Below are positions 27,578 to 36,340 of a stretch of DNA of 64,000 nt, piece after piece. The position numbers and the translations under genes are program-made. Below the pieces are notes generated by a model that was not told where the DNA came from, made no database searches, and saw only the letters and a list, made by a program, of their open reading frames with translations. Origin of the DNA: a virus; the IMG/VR virus record IMGVR_UViG_3300020056_000025, positions 4,131 through 68,130 of that record. One strand, written 5' to 3'. Within the stretch, counting starts at the first letter, position 1; each line of letters starts with the position of its first letter.

Positions 27578-28588
27578 GTGAATGATAGAAAGAAAGAATT
27601 TCTAATAGCTAATATTAGATCTGGAAATACTAAAATAAAAACCTTTGGTATTAATTTAAAGCCAGCGTCTCTTGAAGATGTAATAGATTCATACTATGTG
27701 TATGAAGAATCTCTTGAAGAGGCGCGGCGCGATGGATTGATGACAGTGGAAGAAATTGAAAAATGGATGCTTTTATGTGGATTTTGGACAAATTTAGATG
27801 AGGAATCATTAAAAAAAATGAACACTAAAATTGAAGACCATAAAATTGAATTGTATAAAAATTTTTCTAAAAAAGATTTTGTTGAAAAAGAAAGAAGAAA
27901 ATTAAGATCACTCGAAACAACATGTTTGTCTTATCTTTCAAAAAAAAATGTATTTTATTCAAATACTTGTGAAAGTTATGCAGAATCAAATAGATTAATT
28001 TATCTAGTTAAACTGTGTTGTGACGCTACGGTTAGTAAAAATAAAATAGAAAATAATATAGATAGTATAGTTTCAGAATATCAAAAAACAATTCTTCCCG
28101 AAAAAGACATTAGATTTTTATGTAGAACAGAACCTTGGAAGTCCCTTTGGTCGGTTAGATCAAGCTGTCAACTAAAACTCTTCTCCAATGAAGAGCCAAC
28201 CATTAATCAAAAAAATTTAGTTTTATGGTCCAAGACTTATGATGGAGTTGCGGAATCATATGAACCTCCACCAAAAGAAGTTATTGAAGATGACGATTTC
28301 TTAGACGGCTGGTTTTTACATAAATCTAGAGAAAGAGAAAAAGAATCTAACAAAAAAACTGTGGAAGACAGACTCAATAATTCTAAGATTAAATCTTCTC
28401 AAGAAGTGTTTATTCCGGCTAGTAGCAACAAAGAGGCTGAAATGATCCACAATTTGAATGACGAGGAGTCCAAACAAATTATTAGATCAAGATCATTAGC
28501 TCTTCAGAAAAGTGGAGGTAAGATTTCTTATAAAGATTTTGATGATAAGAAGAAAGAAGCCATAAGGCAACGAACTCAGAAAGGATAA
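27578..28588 (+). CDS. Putative tail assembly chaperone
   Basis: Charged helical protein between tube and tape measure genes; motif PPKEVIEDDDFLDGWF. Confidence 0.5.
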   Translation: MNDRKKEFLIANIRSGNTKIKTFGINLKPASLEDVIDSYYVYEESLEEARRDGLMTVEEIEKWMLLCGFWTNLDEESLKKMNTKIEDHKIELYKNFSKKDFVEKERRKLRSLETTCLSYLSKKNVFYSNTCESYAESNRLIYLVKLCCDATVSKNKIENNIDSIVSEYQKTILPEKDIRFLCRTEPWKSLWSVRSSCQLKLFSNEEPTINQKNLVLWSKTYDGVAESYEPPPKEVIEDDDFLDGWFLHKSREREKESNKKTVEDRLNNSKIKSSQEVFIPASSNKEAEMIHNLNDEESKQIIRSRSLALQKSGGKISYKDFDDKKKEAIRQRTQKG

Positions 28589-28591
28589 ATT

Positions 28592-28900
28592 ATGAAGGAA
28601 AAAAGAAAAATATATTTAGATAAAAGCAACCAAAGACTAAAGAGAATTTCTTGTAAAAAAATTAAAACAACTATGATTGGAGCAATTTCTTCTATTGAAG
28701 ATCATTTTGGATTTTTATTAGATCAGGAGGGAGACGATGGATTAAAAGCAAAAGAAATTTTTGATAAACTTAGGTCTGATATTTTAGACAAAGGAAACCA
28801 GCAAATAAGAAATTTAAGCAAAGAGTTTAATTTATACGAAATTTCACTTAAGAGATATGAACAAAAATTTACATTACCAACACAGGATATAGGAGAATAA
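28592..28900 (+). CDS. Hypothetical protein (tail assembly region)
   Basis: 102-aa helical ORF tightly packed between its neighbours. Confidence 0.6.
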   Translation: MKEKRKIYLDKSNQRLKRISCKKIKTTMIGAISSIEDHFGFLLDQEGDDGLKAKEIFDKLRSDILDKGNQQIRNLSKEFNLYEISLKRYEQKFTLPTQDIGE

Positions 28901-28901
28901 T

Positions 28902-29777
28902 ATGTCTAACGGAAAAAATAAAACTATCACAGTAGAAAAAGAAGACGGAAGTAAAGTTGAAATTGTTGTTAAAAAGCCAAACGCCAGCGTTATTAACCAA
29001 GCTCAAAAAATTGGTGCTAAAGTTTGGACAGAATCTGTCAGAGAAGGATTATTTACTAAACTCTCATTAGATAAGTTTATGCGAGATAATGGAATTTGGG
29101 ATGATAGTAAAGAAGAAGAAAAAGAAAATATAGTAGAAAATATTAAGTTATTAGAAAGACAAATAGCTTTAGGGGTCGATGGTAAAAAATTAAAAGTTTC
29201 AGAAGGTAAAAGAAAAGCCATTGAATTAAGAGGTCTTAGAAATAATTTAAGATCTTTATTGTCTGAAAAAATTAATTTAGAATCTAATACAGCAGAAGGT
29301 CTTGCTGATAATGCTAAGTTTAACTTTTTGGTCGCTTGTTGCACTTTTGATGTTAACGACCAAAAGATTTATAAAAATATAGATGATTATAACAATAATT
29401 CTGATGACGAGGTAGCTTTTGCAGCAGCTGCTGCCTTGGGTCAAATGATGTATAGTCTTGATTCTAATTATGAAGAAGAACTTCCAGAAAATCAATTTCT
29501 TAAAAAATTCAATTTGGTTGACGACGATCTTTCTTTGGTTGACAAAGATGGTCACAGAATTGATGTAGATGGAACTTTAGTAAATGATAAAGGTTGGCTT
29601 GTTAACTCTGACGGTCAAAGAATTGATAGAGAAGGAAATCTTCTCAATGAAAATGGACAAATATTATTACAAGCTGACTACGAAGATGATGTGAGCGAAA
29701 AAACAAAAAGAGCAAAGAAAAAAATTAGTCAAGAAGATCCTTCAGAAGAAGTAAATAAAACCGTAGAAGATAAATAG
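28902..29777 (+). CDS. Putative tail assembly chaperone with DG-type short repeats
   Basis: RBS AGGAG, directly before the tape measure gene; 7-residue repeat array near the C-terminus. Confidence 0.55.
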   Translation: MSNGKNKTITVEKEDGSKVEIVVKKPNASVINQAQKIGAKVWTESVREGLFTKLSLDKFMRDNGIWDDSKEEEKENIVENIKLLERQIALGVDGKKLKVSEGKRKAIELRGLRNNLRSLLSEKINLESNTAEGLADNAKFNFLVACCTFDVNDQKIYKNIDDYNNNSDDEVAFAAAAALGQMMYSLDSNYEEELPENQFLKKFNLVDDDLSLVDKDGHRIDVDGTLVNDKGWLVNSDGQRIDREGNLLNENGQILLQADYEDDVSEKTKRAKKKISQEDPSEEVNKTVEDK

Positions 29778-29819
29778 TAGTGAGTTTTAGTAATTAGTGC
29801 GAAATAATCAGGAGAAAAT

Positions 29820-32800
29820 ATGTCAAAATTCGTACTAACTGCGCAGCTTCAGTTACAAGCTCCAAATAATGTTAAACAGGTTGTTCAGAAAATGCAATCG
29901 CAGCTGAACAACCTTAAGGTTAATTTTAATGCTCAAAGTGCTGTTCAAGCACAAAAAAACATTAAAAATTTATCTAAGACTTCTGATCAAGCTTCTAAAA
30001 GTTTTCAGAGTATGGGTAAATCCTTCTCTGCTAGTGTTAGACGATTTTCTGCTCTAGCTATTGCGACTAGGGCGGTTGGTTTATTTACTAGCACTCTGAG
30101 CAACGCTGTTAAAGAGTCTATTGACTTTGAGAGAGAACTTATTAAAATTTCTCAGGTTACTGGTAAAACCGTTTCTCAGCTACAAGGTTTGACAAACACT
30201 ATTACGTCTCTTTCTACTAGTCTTGGTGTTTCGTCTTCATCTCTTTTAGGTGTTTCTAGAATTTTAGCTCAGACTGGTTTATCTGCTAGGGATACTCAAA
30301 TCGCTTTAGCTACTTTAGCTAGATCAGACCTTGCTCCAACGTTTGATAATATTACTCAGACCGCTGAAGGCGCTGTTGCTATTCTTAATCAGTTTGGTAA
30401 AGGCGCGTCTGCGTTGGAGGCACAGCTTAGTTCTTTGAATGCTGTTGCTGGCCAATTCGCTGTTGAAGCTGGAGATTTGGTTGCGGTTATTCGTAGGACT
30501 GGTGGCGTGTTTCAAGCTGCTGGTGGTGACTTAAATGAATTAATTGCTTTGTTTACCAGCGTTAGGGCTACTACGCGAGAATCAGCTGAAAGTATCGCTA
30601 CTGGCTTGAGAACAATTTTTACTAGAATTCAACGACCAGAAACTATTGAATATTTAAAACAATTTGGAGTTGAGTTAGTTAATCTTGAAGGTAAGTTTGT
30701 TGGTCCTTATGAAGCTATAAGGCAGCTTAGTGCTGCTTTAGCTGGATTAGAAAAAGGAGATCTTACTTTTGTTCAAATAGCAGAAGAGCTTGGTGGATTT
30801 AGGCAGATTGGTAAAGTGATTCCGTTATTGCAACAATTTTCTGTAGCTCAAGCAGCTTTGAATGTTGCTCAAGAGGGTAGTGGAAGTTTAGCAACCGACG
30901 CCGCAAAGGCGCAAGCTGCACTTGGCGTACAAATAACCAAAGTAAAAGAAGAGTTTTTAGCATTAGTAAGAAGCTTTACTTCTTCCACCGCATTTCAAGT
31001 TATGGCTGATGCCATACTAAAGATTGTCAGCGCTCTTGTGAAATTAGCTGATACTTTATCTCCAATACTTCCGCTTCTCACTGCGTTTGCTGGAATTAAA
31101 ATTCTTGGCAATGTAGGAAAGGGGTTAGGCGGCTTAACTGGCTTTAGTGATGGTGGCAAGGTATTGAAATTTGCTAGAGGTGGAATGGTTCCCGGCTCTG
31201 GCAATAGAGACACTGTTCCTGCTATGTTAACTCCGGGTGAGTTTGTAATTAAGAAGAGTAGTGTTTCTAAGTTGGGTGCTGATACATTATCCCAGATGAA
31301 TGAGAATCGTTACGCTACTGGTACTCCAGCTATGGGTGTTCCAAGAAAAAGCGTTAGTAACATGACTGCTGAAGAAAGAAAGAAAGCAAGGGAGGCAGCA
31401 AAAGCAGGATCTGGTGGAACCCTTAGATTAAAATCATCAAGAGTTGGTGGCTTATTTTTACAAGAAGGATCTGGCGGAAAACGTGGCATAGACAAATCTC
31501 TTCGTGGTATGCAACTTCCGGGGTTTGCTGAAGGCGCTAAAAGGTTAGAAGCAAGCATCTATACCGGAAAGCTTAGACCAGAAGCCGGACAGTCTATTAG
31601 AAATGAACTAAAGCCCAGCCTTGTTAAAGCGGTTCAAAACGCAGCTGCAAATTCTATAGCTTCTTTAGAAATAAATCCGCTTAATATAGATGAAAAATCA
31701 GCTGCTAAAAGAGCTGTAAATAAAATCGATTTAACTTCTATAGAAGGTTATATATTTGAGGCGTTTACCTCCGCATTAACTGGACTACGATTATCTGATG
31801 CTGGCTCTACATTTGACTTTGTTAATCCTTCTGCTAGAGCATCGCAAAGAGTTTCACAATTATTTAGTTCTGGTTTAAGTGGTGAAACATTATTGGATGC
31901 AAAACGAACTCTTAGTACCGATAGTGTTCAGAGTGGTAAAAATTCTATTGCCAATAAAATTATAGCATCAATTAAAAATGGTTTATTAAATAAATCTGAT
32001 TTTGATAGATATGCGACTGGTGGACCTGTTGGTACAGACACAGTTCCAGCCCTGTTAACTCCCGGTGAGTTTGTTGTTAATAAGAAGTCTGCCCAGAAGA
32101 TTGGTTACGGTTCACTAAACCGCATGAATAAAGTCGCTAAGTTTGCCAAAGGCGGCGTGGTTGGAAAGAAAGTTAAAGCTTTTGCTGGTGGAGGCACAAG
32201 CGGTGCTGATACTGGCGCTGTAATGATTAACGTAGATCCACTCAATGCGGCCCTTAACGCCGTAACTGGAATCTTAACAAACACTGCATCTGCACTTAGC
32301 AGCTTTACAACTGCTGCCCTTAATACGTCTGTTTCTCTTAATAATTTATCTCAGGCCACTTTGAACAATTTAGCTTCAACTGGTCAAATCACTCAAGCTG
32401 AATCACAAGCTGCTCAGGCAGTCTTAAAAAGTAATAATGCTACTTTACAAGCATTGTCTGCTAAAAATCAAGAACAAAAGGCAAGTTTAGCTGCCGCAGC
32501 TGCTGATCAGAAAGAAGCCAAAGAGAGCCTGAAAGCTGCTCAAGGTGATAATGCAGAATCAAAAAGTGGAAGTGGTCTGCTTCTTGCGTTTACTGCATTA
32601 ACTAGTGGTATTGGGATGCTTATACCAACAATAGATGAAAACTCTTCCGCTAGCACACGGTTTGCCGCAAAGCTTGGTGATCTGGCTATACAACTCACAA
32701 CTTTAGCCTTTTTGGTTCAACAGGTTAATTTTGGAAAAATGGCTAACGAAGTTTCTGGAGCGATTGGATCATTAGGAAAACTTGGAGGTAATTTTAGCAA

Positions 32801-35800
32801 GCTTGGAGGTATTTTATCTAAAATCCCCGGCGCTTCTAAGCTAGGCGGAGCCGTGAGTTCCGTTGCGAGTAAAACTGTAAGCAAAGTTGCTGGCGGTGTT
32901 GGTCAAAACGCAAACATTGGAGCGACAGTAAAAGCTCTTAGCGGTTTAGCTAATCCCTTAACGTTATTTCTTGCTGCAATTGCTGCTATAATTGCTGGTA
33001 TATATCTTTGGAATTCTTCTGTTGCCGAAGCTGCTAAAGCTGCAAAAAATAAAGCCATAGAAGATGGCAATGCTGCTGAAGCTGTGAAACAAGCCCAGAT
33101 TGAGGCTGGTGGAGAAAGAGGTAAAGCCCAAGCTAAAGGCATGGCTGCTGGCGCTATTACTGGTGCTGCCATTGGAGCGTTTCTTGGTCCAGTCGGCGTG
33201 GCGGTTGGTGCTGCTCTTGGCGCTGTTATTGGTGGTTTTTTCGGTGACTTCTTTACTCCCTTCGATAAAACCGCCGAGGTTTTGACTAAAACAGCCAATG
33301 CCGCCGCTTTGCAAAACGCTGCCCAAAAAGCTTTAGCCGAATCAGGCAAAGCTGCATCTGAAGCTATGCAGAAGTTTAGGGATGGTAATGCTACTGCCGC
33401 AGAAGCTTTAGCTGCTACTAGTGCTGGCACAGCTGCTGTTGTAGCCTCTCAGCAAGCCACGATTGCCGCTAATACAGCGCTTATGAAAAATACTAGAACA
33501 GCTGCGAGTGCAGTTGGCGACTTGATAGTTGGTTTTACTAAAGCTTTAACTTTTGGTCTTACTGATGGATTTAGCCTTGGCTTTGGAACTACTGCTCAAA
33601 ACGAGGAAAAAGCCCAAGCCCAAATAGATGAACAAAATAAACAACAAAAACAACTTAGCCAAGAAGCTGTCTCACAAAATCAACCAGCCCTTAGCGCTTT
33701 AGGTAAACAAATTGCTGTAGCTGGTGGAAGCCTTTCAGACTTTAGGGCGCAGCTATTAGCTTCTAATGAAGGTCTTTCCAACTTGATAAGTGATGACGAT
33801 TTAAAGCAAGCTTTTGAAAATATCCAAAAAGAAGTCAAGAGGGCGCAAGCTGCTTTTAATGCTATGAATCTTGGCTTTCAGAGTGTTAATGCAGCTGCTA
33901 GTGCTGCTGCACTTTCTGTAGACAATCTTATCAGTGGCTTTGATGGAAGTAGCAATGCGATTGAACGATCTATTGCCACACTAGAGGCCGGTATTACTAA
34001 TGCTGCTCAAGGCATAAGCGACGAAGCTTTCTCTAGTGCGGTTGATAGTGCCGCTGCACAAATTGAAAGGTTTGGAGGAGATGCTACTAAATTCAAAGAA
34101 AACTTAAACGCTATTAATACTGCTCAAAAATTCTTTGTTAACGCTAGCAATCAAGCTAAAGAAAATTTACGCAAAGAATTTGAACGTGGTGCGTCTAGCG
34201 CCCCAACCGCTGAAGGTAGAAGGGGCGCTTTGGCTGACGCAATAGTTGGTCAAATGGATGGAGTGGGAGATGGCGTTAAGAAAAGAATAAAAGACGCTTT
34301 GGCTGGTGCTGATATTTCCCAAGGAGATATGGACAAGATTCTTGCTGGTGATATGAGCGTTTTAGACAAGGTATTAAAAGACCTTGGAGATACAACATTA
34401 TCGCAAGTCATGCCAGCACTTAAAGCCGCAGCTGACATGCAAAACCAACTTAACGCCGTTATTAGTAAGAGACTTTCTCTTGAAAATGAATTTGCGGCTG
34501 CTACTAAACGTCAAATAGATGTTACTCTTGAGGCTGCTCAAATAATGCAAGAGTTTGGTGGTGCAGCTGTAACTCCAGAAATGCAAGGACAAGCGGCTGT
34601 TGACAGGTTGAACGTTACGGGTCAACAGCTTGGTTTAACACAAGTGAGTGCTGGAAGCGCGGATGAAATCAGAAGAAGAAATACTGAAATACAGACACAA
34701 ATGCAAAGCCAAGGGCTTGTCAGAGCAGCCGCAGCTGGAGATGCTGGAGCGCAGCGGGCAACTGGATTAAGCTTAGAACAAGCACAAGCACAAACTAGTT
34801 CTCCAGAATTCCAACAGAGAGAAGATAGATTAAAGAAAGCTGCTGAAGAAACTTATAGTGAGACTAAGAAATTAATAGATGCTAGAAGAGAAGAGATTAA
34901 AATCATCAATGCTAAAACCGCCGCTGAGAAAAAAGCTACAGAAGCATTGCTTGGAAATGATGTTGAGGCTTTTCTTGATGAAATGGCTGGAAAGGGAGCG
35001 GCTACCGCAGCTGCTATAGGCGATCCAACTCTTGCTGCTCAATTTGGAGTAAGCGATTTTGGAAGGGCTAATAAACAACTAGAAGAAATGCAAAAAGCTG
35101 GTGTTACTAGTTTTATGGGTCAGGATATAGGCGCTGTTAGACAAAGCGCCGTTGGCATGGGACTTACTAATGCTGGATTAAGTGGTTCTATAGTTACTGA
35201 CTTAGCAAAGGCGGCGACGGGGACGACAGATGCAGCTGAAGCAGCAAAAGAAGCAGCTAGGGATTTAGCATCAACTTTACCGCAAAGCACTGGGAATTTA
35301 CAAACATCTACTGAGAATATGTTGGCGGCTACAAGGATTTTGGAATCAAATGTTGAGAAAGAAGCTGAAGAAGCTACTAAACGTGCTGAACAAAGAGTTG
35401 ATGAATCAAAACCGCCAGAAGAAAAAACTGATAAGGCTGAGGCTAAATCAAGAGAGGCTGAGTCTGAATCAAAACCGCCAAAACAGCAAGAATCAGACGC
35501 TCCCCCTGCGGTTCCTCCGTCTACCTCTGAAGCAGACACTTCTGGTGGTACACCTCCCCCTTCAACACAAGCTCAAGCTGAAGCAGATAGTACAGACATT
35601 CAAAAAGTATTTGTTGTTAACTTTCCTGATATGTCTGCTAGTTTGGCTGTAGCATCGTCTGTAGCAAAAAAGCAAACAACGGGCAGCGATTCATTTCTTG
35701 GGATAGGTGGCGTAGGTGATCTGGCGAATAAAGCTTTTGAATACTCTCCAATGGGCGTAATGGGTAATATGATGAGTCAGGGAGGCGCTATGGGTGGTGT

Positions 35801-36335
35801 GATGGGCAAAGCTCTGCAAAGCTCCCCAGCGGGTTTAGCAGCTAGAGGGCTTGGTTTGATGGAAACCTCATCTGCGCCCACTGTAGATTCTGGCGTTGAA
35901 TCGCAATCTGCTTTGGCTGGTTTACCAGAGTTAACAAGCTCCCTAAGTAACTTAACTACAGCTTTATCTCCGTTAGGGGGAGGATTTTCTACCTTAACAC
36001 AGTCTTTAACTCAAGTAAATAATACTATGCAAGCGTTTTCTCAAAGTTTAAATAATATGCCTTCTTTAGACTTGTCTGCGTTAGATGGCCTATCTAGTAC
36101 TTTTAGTTCGTTTAACCAGACATTCTCAGAGACTGTAAATAAGCTAGAAGGACTAAGTATAAATATTAAATTAGCTCCAACTAATGTAAATGTAAATATT
36201 ACCGGAGGAGAATTTTTGCAACAGATTGAAGAAAGAATTAGAAGTGATATTATGAATAAAGTTGCTACAAAAATTTCAAATATCAAACATGGACCAAACG
36301 GTAATCACATTTCTTCTGAAGGTCAGTTAGGATAA
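29820..36335 (+). CDS. Tape measure protein
   Basis: 2171 aa, Ala-rich and helical. N-terminal TP901-type TMP core (DFERELIKISQVTG...IATGLRTIFTRI), hydrophobic Gly/Ala segments and DTVPAxLTPGEFV motifs. Confidence 0.92.
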   Translation: MSKFVLTAQLQLQAPNNVKQVVQKMQSQLNNLKVNFNAQSAVQAQKNIKNLSKTSDQASKSFQSMGKSFSASVRRFSALAIATRAVGLFTSTLSNAVKESIDFERELIKISQVTGKTVSQLQGLTNTITSLSTSLGVSSSSLLGVSRILAQTGLSARDTQIALATLARSDLAPTFDNITQTAEGAVAILNQFGKGASALEAQLSSLNAVAGQFAVEAGDLVAVIRRTGGVFQAAGGDLNELIALFTSVRATTRESAESIATGLRTIFTRIQRPETIEYLKQFGVELVNLEGKFVGPYEAIRQLSAALAGLEKGDLTFVQIAEELGGFRQIGKVIPLLQQFSVAQAALNVAQEGSGSLATDAAKAQAALGVQITKVKEEFLALVRSFTSSTAFQVMADAILKIVSALVKLADTLSPILPLLTAFAGIKILGNVGKGLGGLTGFSDGGKVLKFARGGMVPGSGNRDTVPAMLTPGEFVIKKSSVSKLGADTLSQMNENRYATGTPAMGVPRKSVSNMTAEERKKAREAAKAGSGGTLRLKSSRVGGLFLQEGSGGKRGIDKSLRGMQLPGFAEGAKRLEASIYTGKLRPEAGQSIRNELKPSLVKAVQNAAANSIASLEINPLNIDEKSAAKRAVNKIDLTSIEGYIFEAFTSALTGLRLSDAGSTFDFVNPSARASQRVSQLFSSGLSGETLLDAKRTLSTDSVQSGKNSIANKIIASIKNGLLNKSDFDRYATGGPVGTDTVPALLTPGEFVVNKKSAQKIGYGSLNRMNKVAKFAKGGVVGKKVKAFAGGGTSGADTGAVMINVDPLNAALNAVTGILTNTASALSSFTTAALNTSVSLNNLSQATLNNLASTGQITQAESQAAQAVLKSNNATLQALSAKNQEQKASLAAAAADQKEAKESLKAAQGDNAESKSGSGLLLAFTALTSGIGMLIPTIDENSSASTRFAAKLGDLAIQLTTLAFLVQQVNFGKMANEVSGAIGSLGKLGGNFSKLGGILSKIPGASKLGGAVSSVASKTVSKVAGGVGQNANIGATVKALSGLANPLTLFLAAIAAIIAGIYLWNSSVAEAAKAAKNKAIEDGNAAEAVKQAQIEAGGERGKAQAKGMAAGAITGAAIGAFLGPVGVAVGAALGAVIGGFFGDFFTPFDKTAEVLTKTANAAALQNAAQKALAESGKAASEAMQKFRDGNATAAEALAATSAGTAAVVASQQATIAANTALMKNTRTAASAVGDLIVGFTKALTFGLTDGFSLGFGTTAQNEEKAQAQIDEQNKQQKQLSQEAVSQNQPALSALGKQIAVAGGSLSDFRAQLLASNEGLSNLISDDDLKQAFENIQKEVKRAQAAFNAMNLGFQSVNAAASAAALSVDNLISGFDGSSNAIERSIATLEAGITNAAQGISDEAFSSAVDSAAAQIERFGGDATKFKENLNAINTAQKFFVNASNQAKENLRKEFERGASSAPTAEGRRGALADAIVGQMDGVGDGVKKRIKDALAGADISQGDMDKILAGDMSVLDKVLKDLGDTTLSQVMPALKAAADMQNQLNAVISKRLSLENEFAAATKRQIDVTLEAAQIMQEFGGAAVTPEMQGQAAVDRLNVTGQQLGLTQVSAGSADEIRRRNTEIQTQMQSQGLVRAAAAGDAGAQRATGLSLEQAQAQTSSPEFQQREDRLKKAAEETYSETKKLIDARREEIKIINAKTAAEKKATEALLGNDVEAFLDEMAGKGAATAAAIGDPTLAAQFGVSDFGRANKQLEEMQKAGVTSFMGQDIGAVRQSAVGMGLTNAGLSGSIVTDLAKAATGTTDAAEAAKEAARDLASTLPQSTGNLQTSTENMLAATRILESNVEKEAEEATKRAEQRVDESKPPEEKTDKAEAKSREAESESKPPKQQESDAPPAVPPSTSEADTSGGTPPPSTQAQAEADSTDIQKVFVVNFPDMSASLAVASSVAKKQTTGSDSFLGIGGVGDLANKAFEYSPMGVMGNMMSQGGAMGGVMGKALQSSPAGLAARGLGLMETSSAPTVDSGVESQSALAGLPELTSSLSNLTTALSPLGGGFSTLTQSLTQVNNTMQAFSQSLNNMPSLDLSALDGLSSTFSSFNQTFSETVNKLEGLSINIKLAPTNVNVNITGGEFLQQIEERIRSDIMNKVATKISNIKHGPNGNHISSEGQLG

Positions 36336-36340
36336 ATCAA

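Noticed and set aside
27578-29777. Programmed -1 frameshift in tail assembly chaperones (lambda G/GT type)
   Set aside because: The three ORFs are separate, each with its own start and stop and no overlap. A-runs exist but none is placed to fuse frames convincingly.
32903-35539. Long minus-strand ORFs within the tape measure (e.g. 32903-33430, 35120-35539)
   Set aside because: These are antisense shadows of Ala-rich GCT-biased coding sequence.
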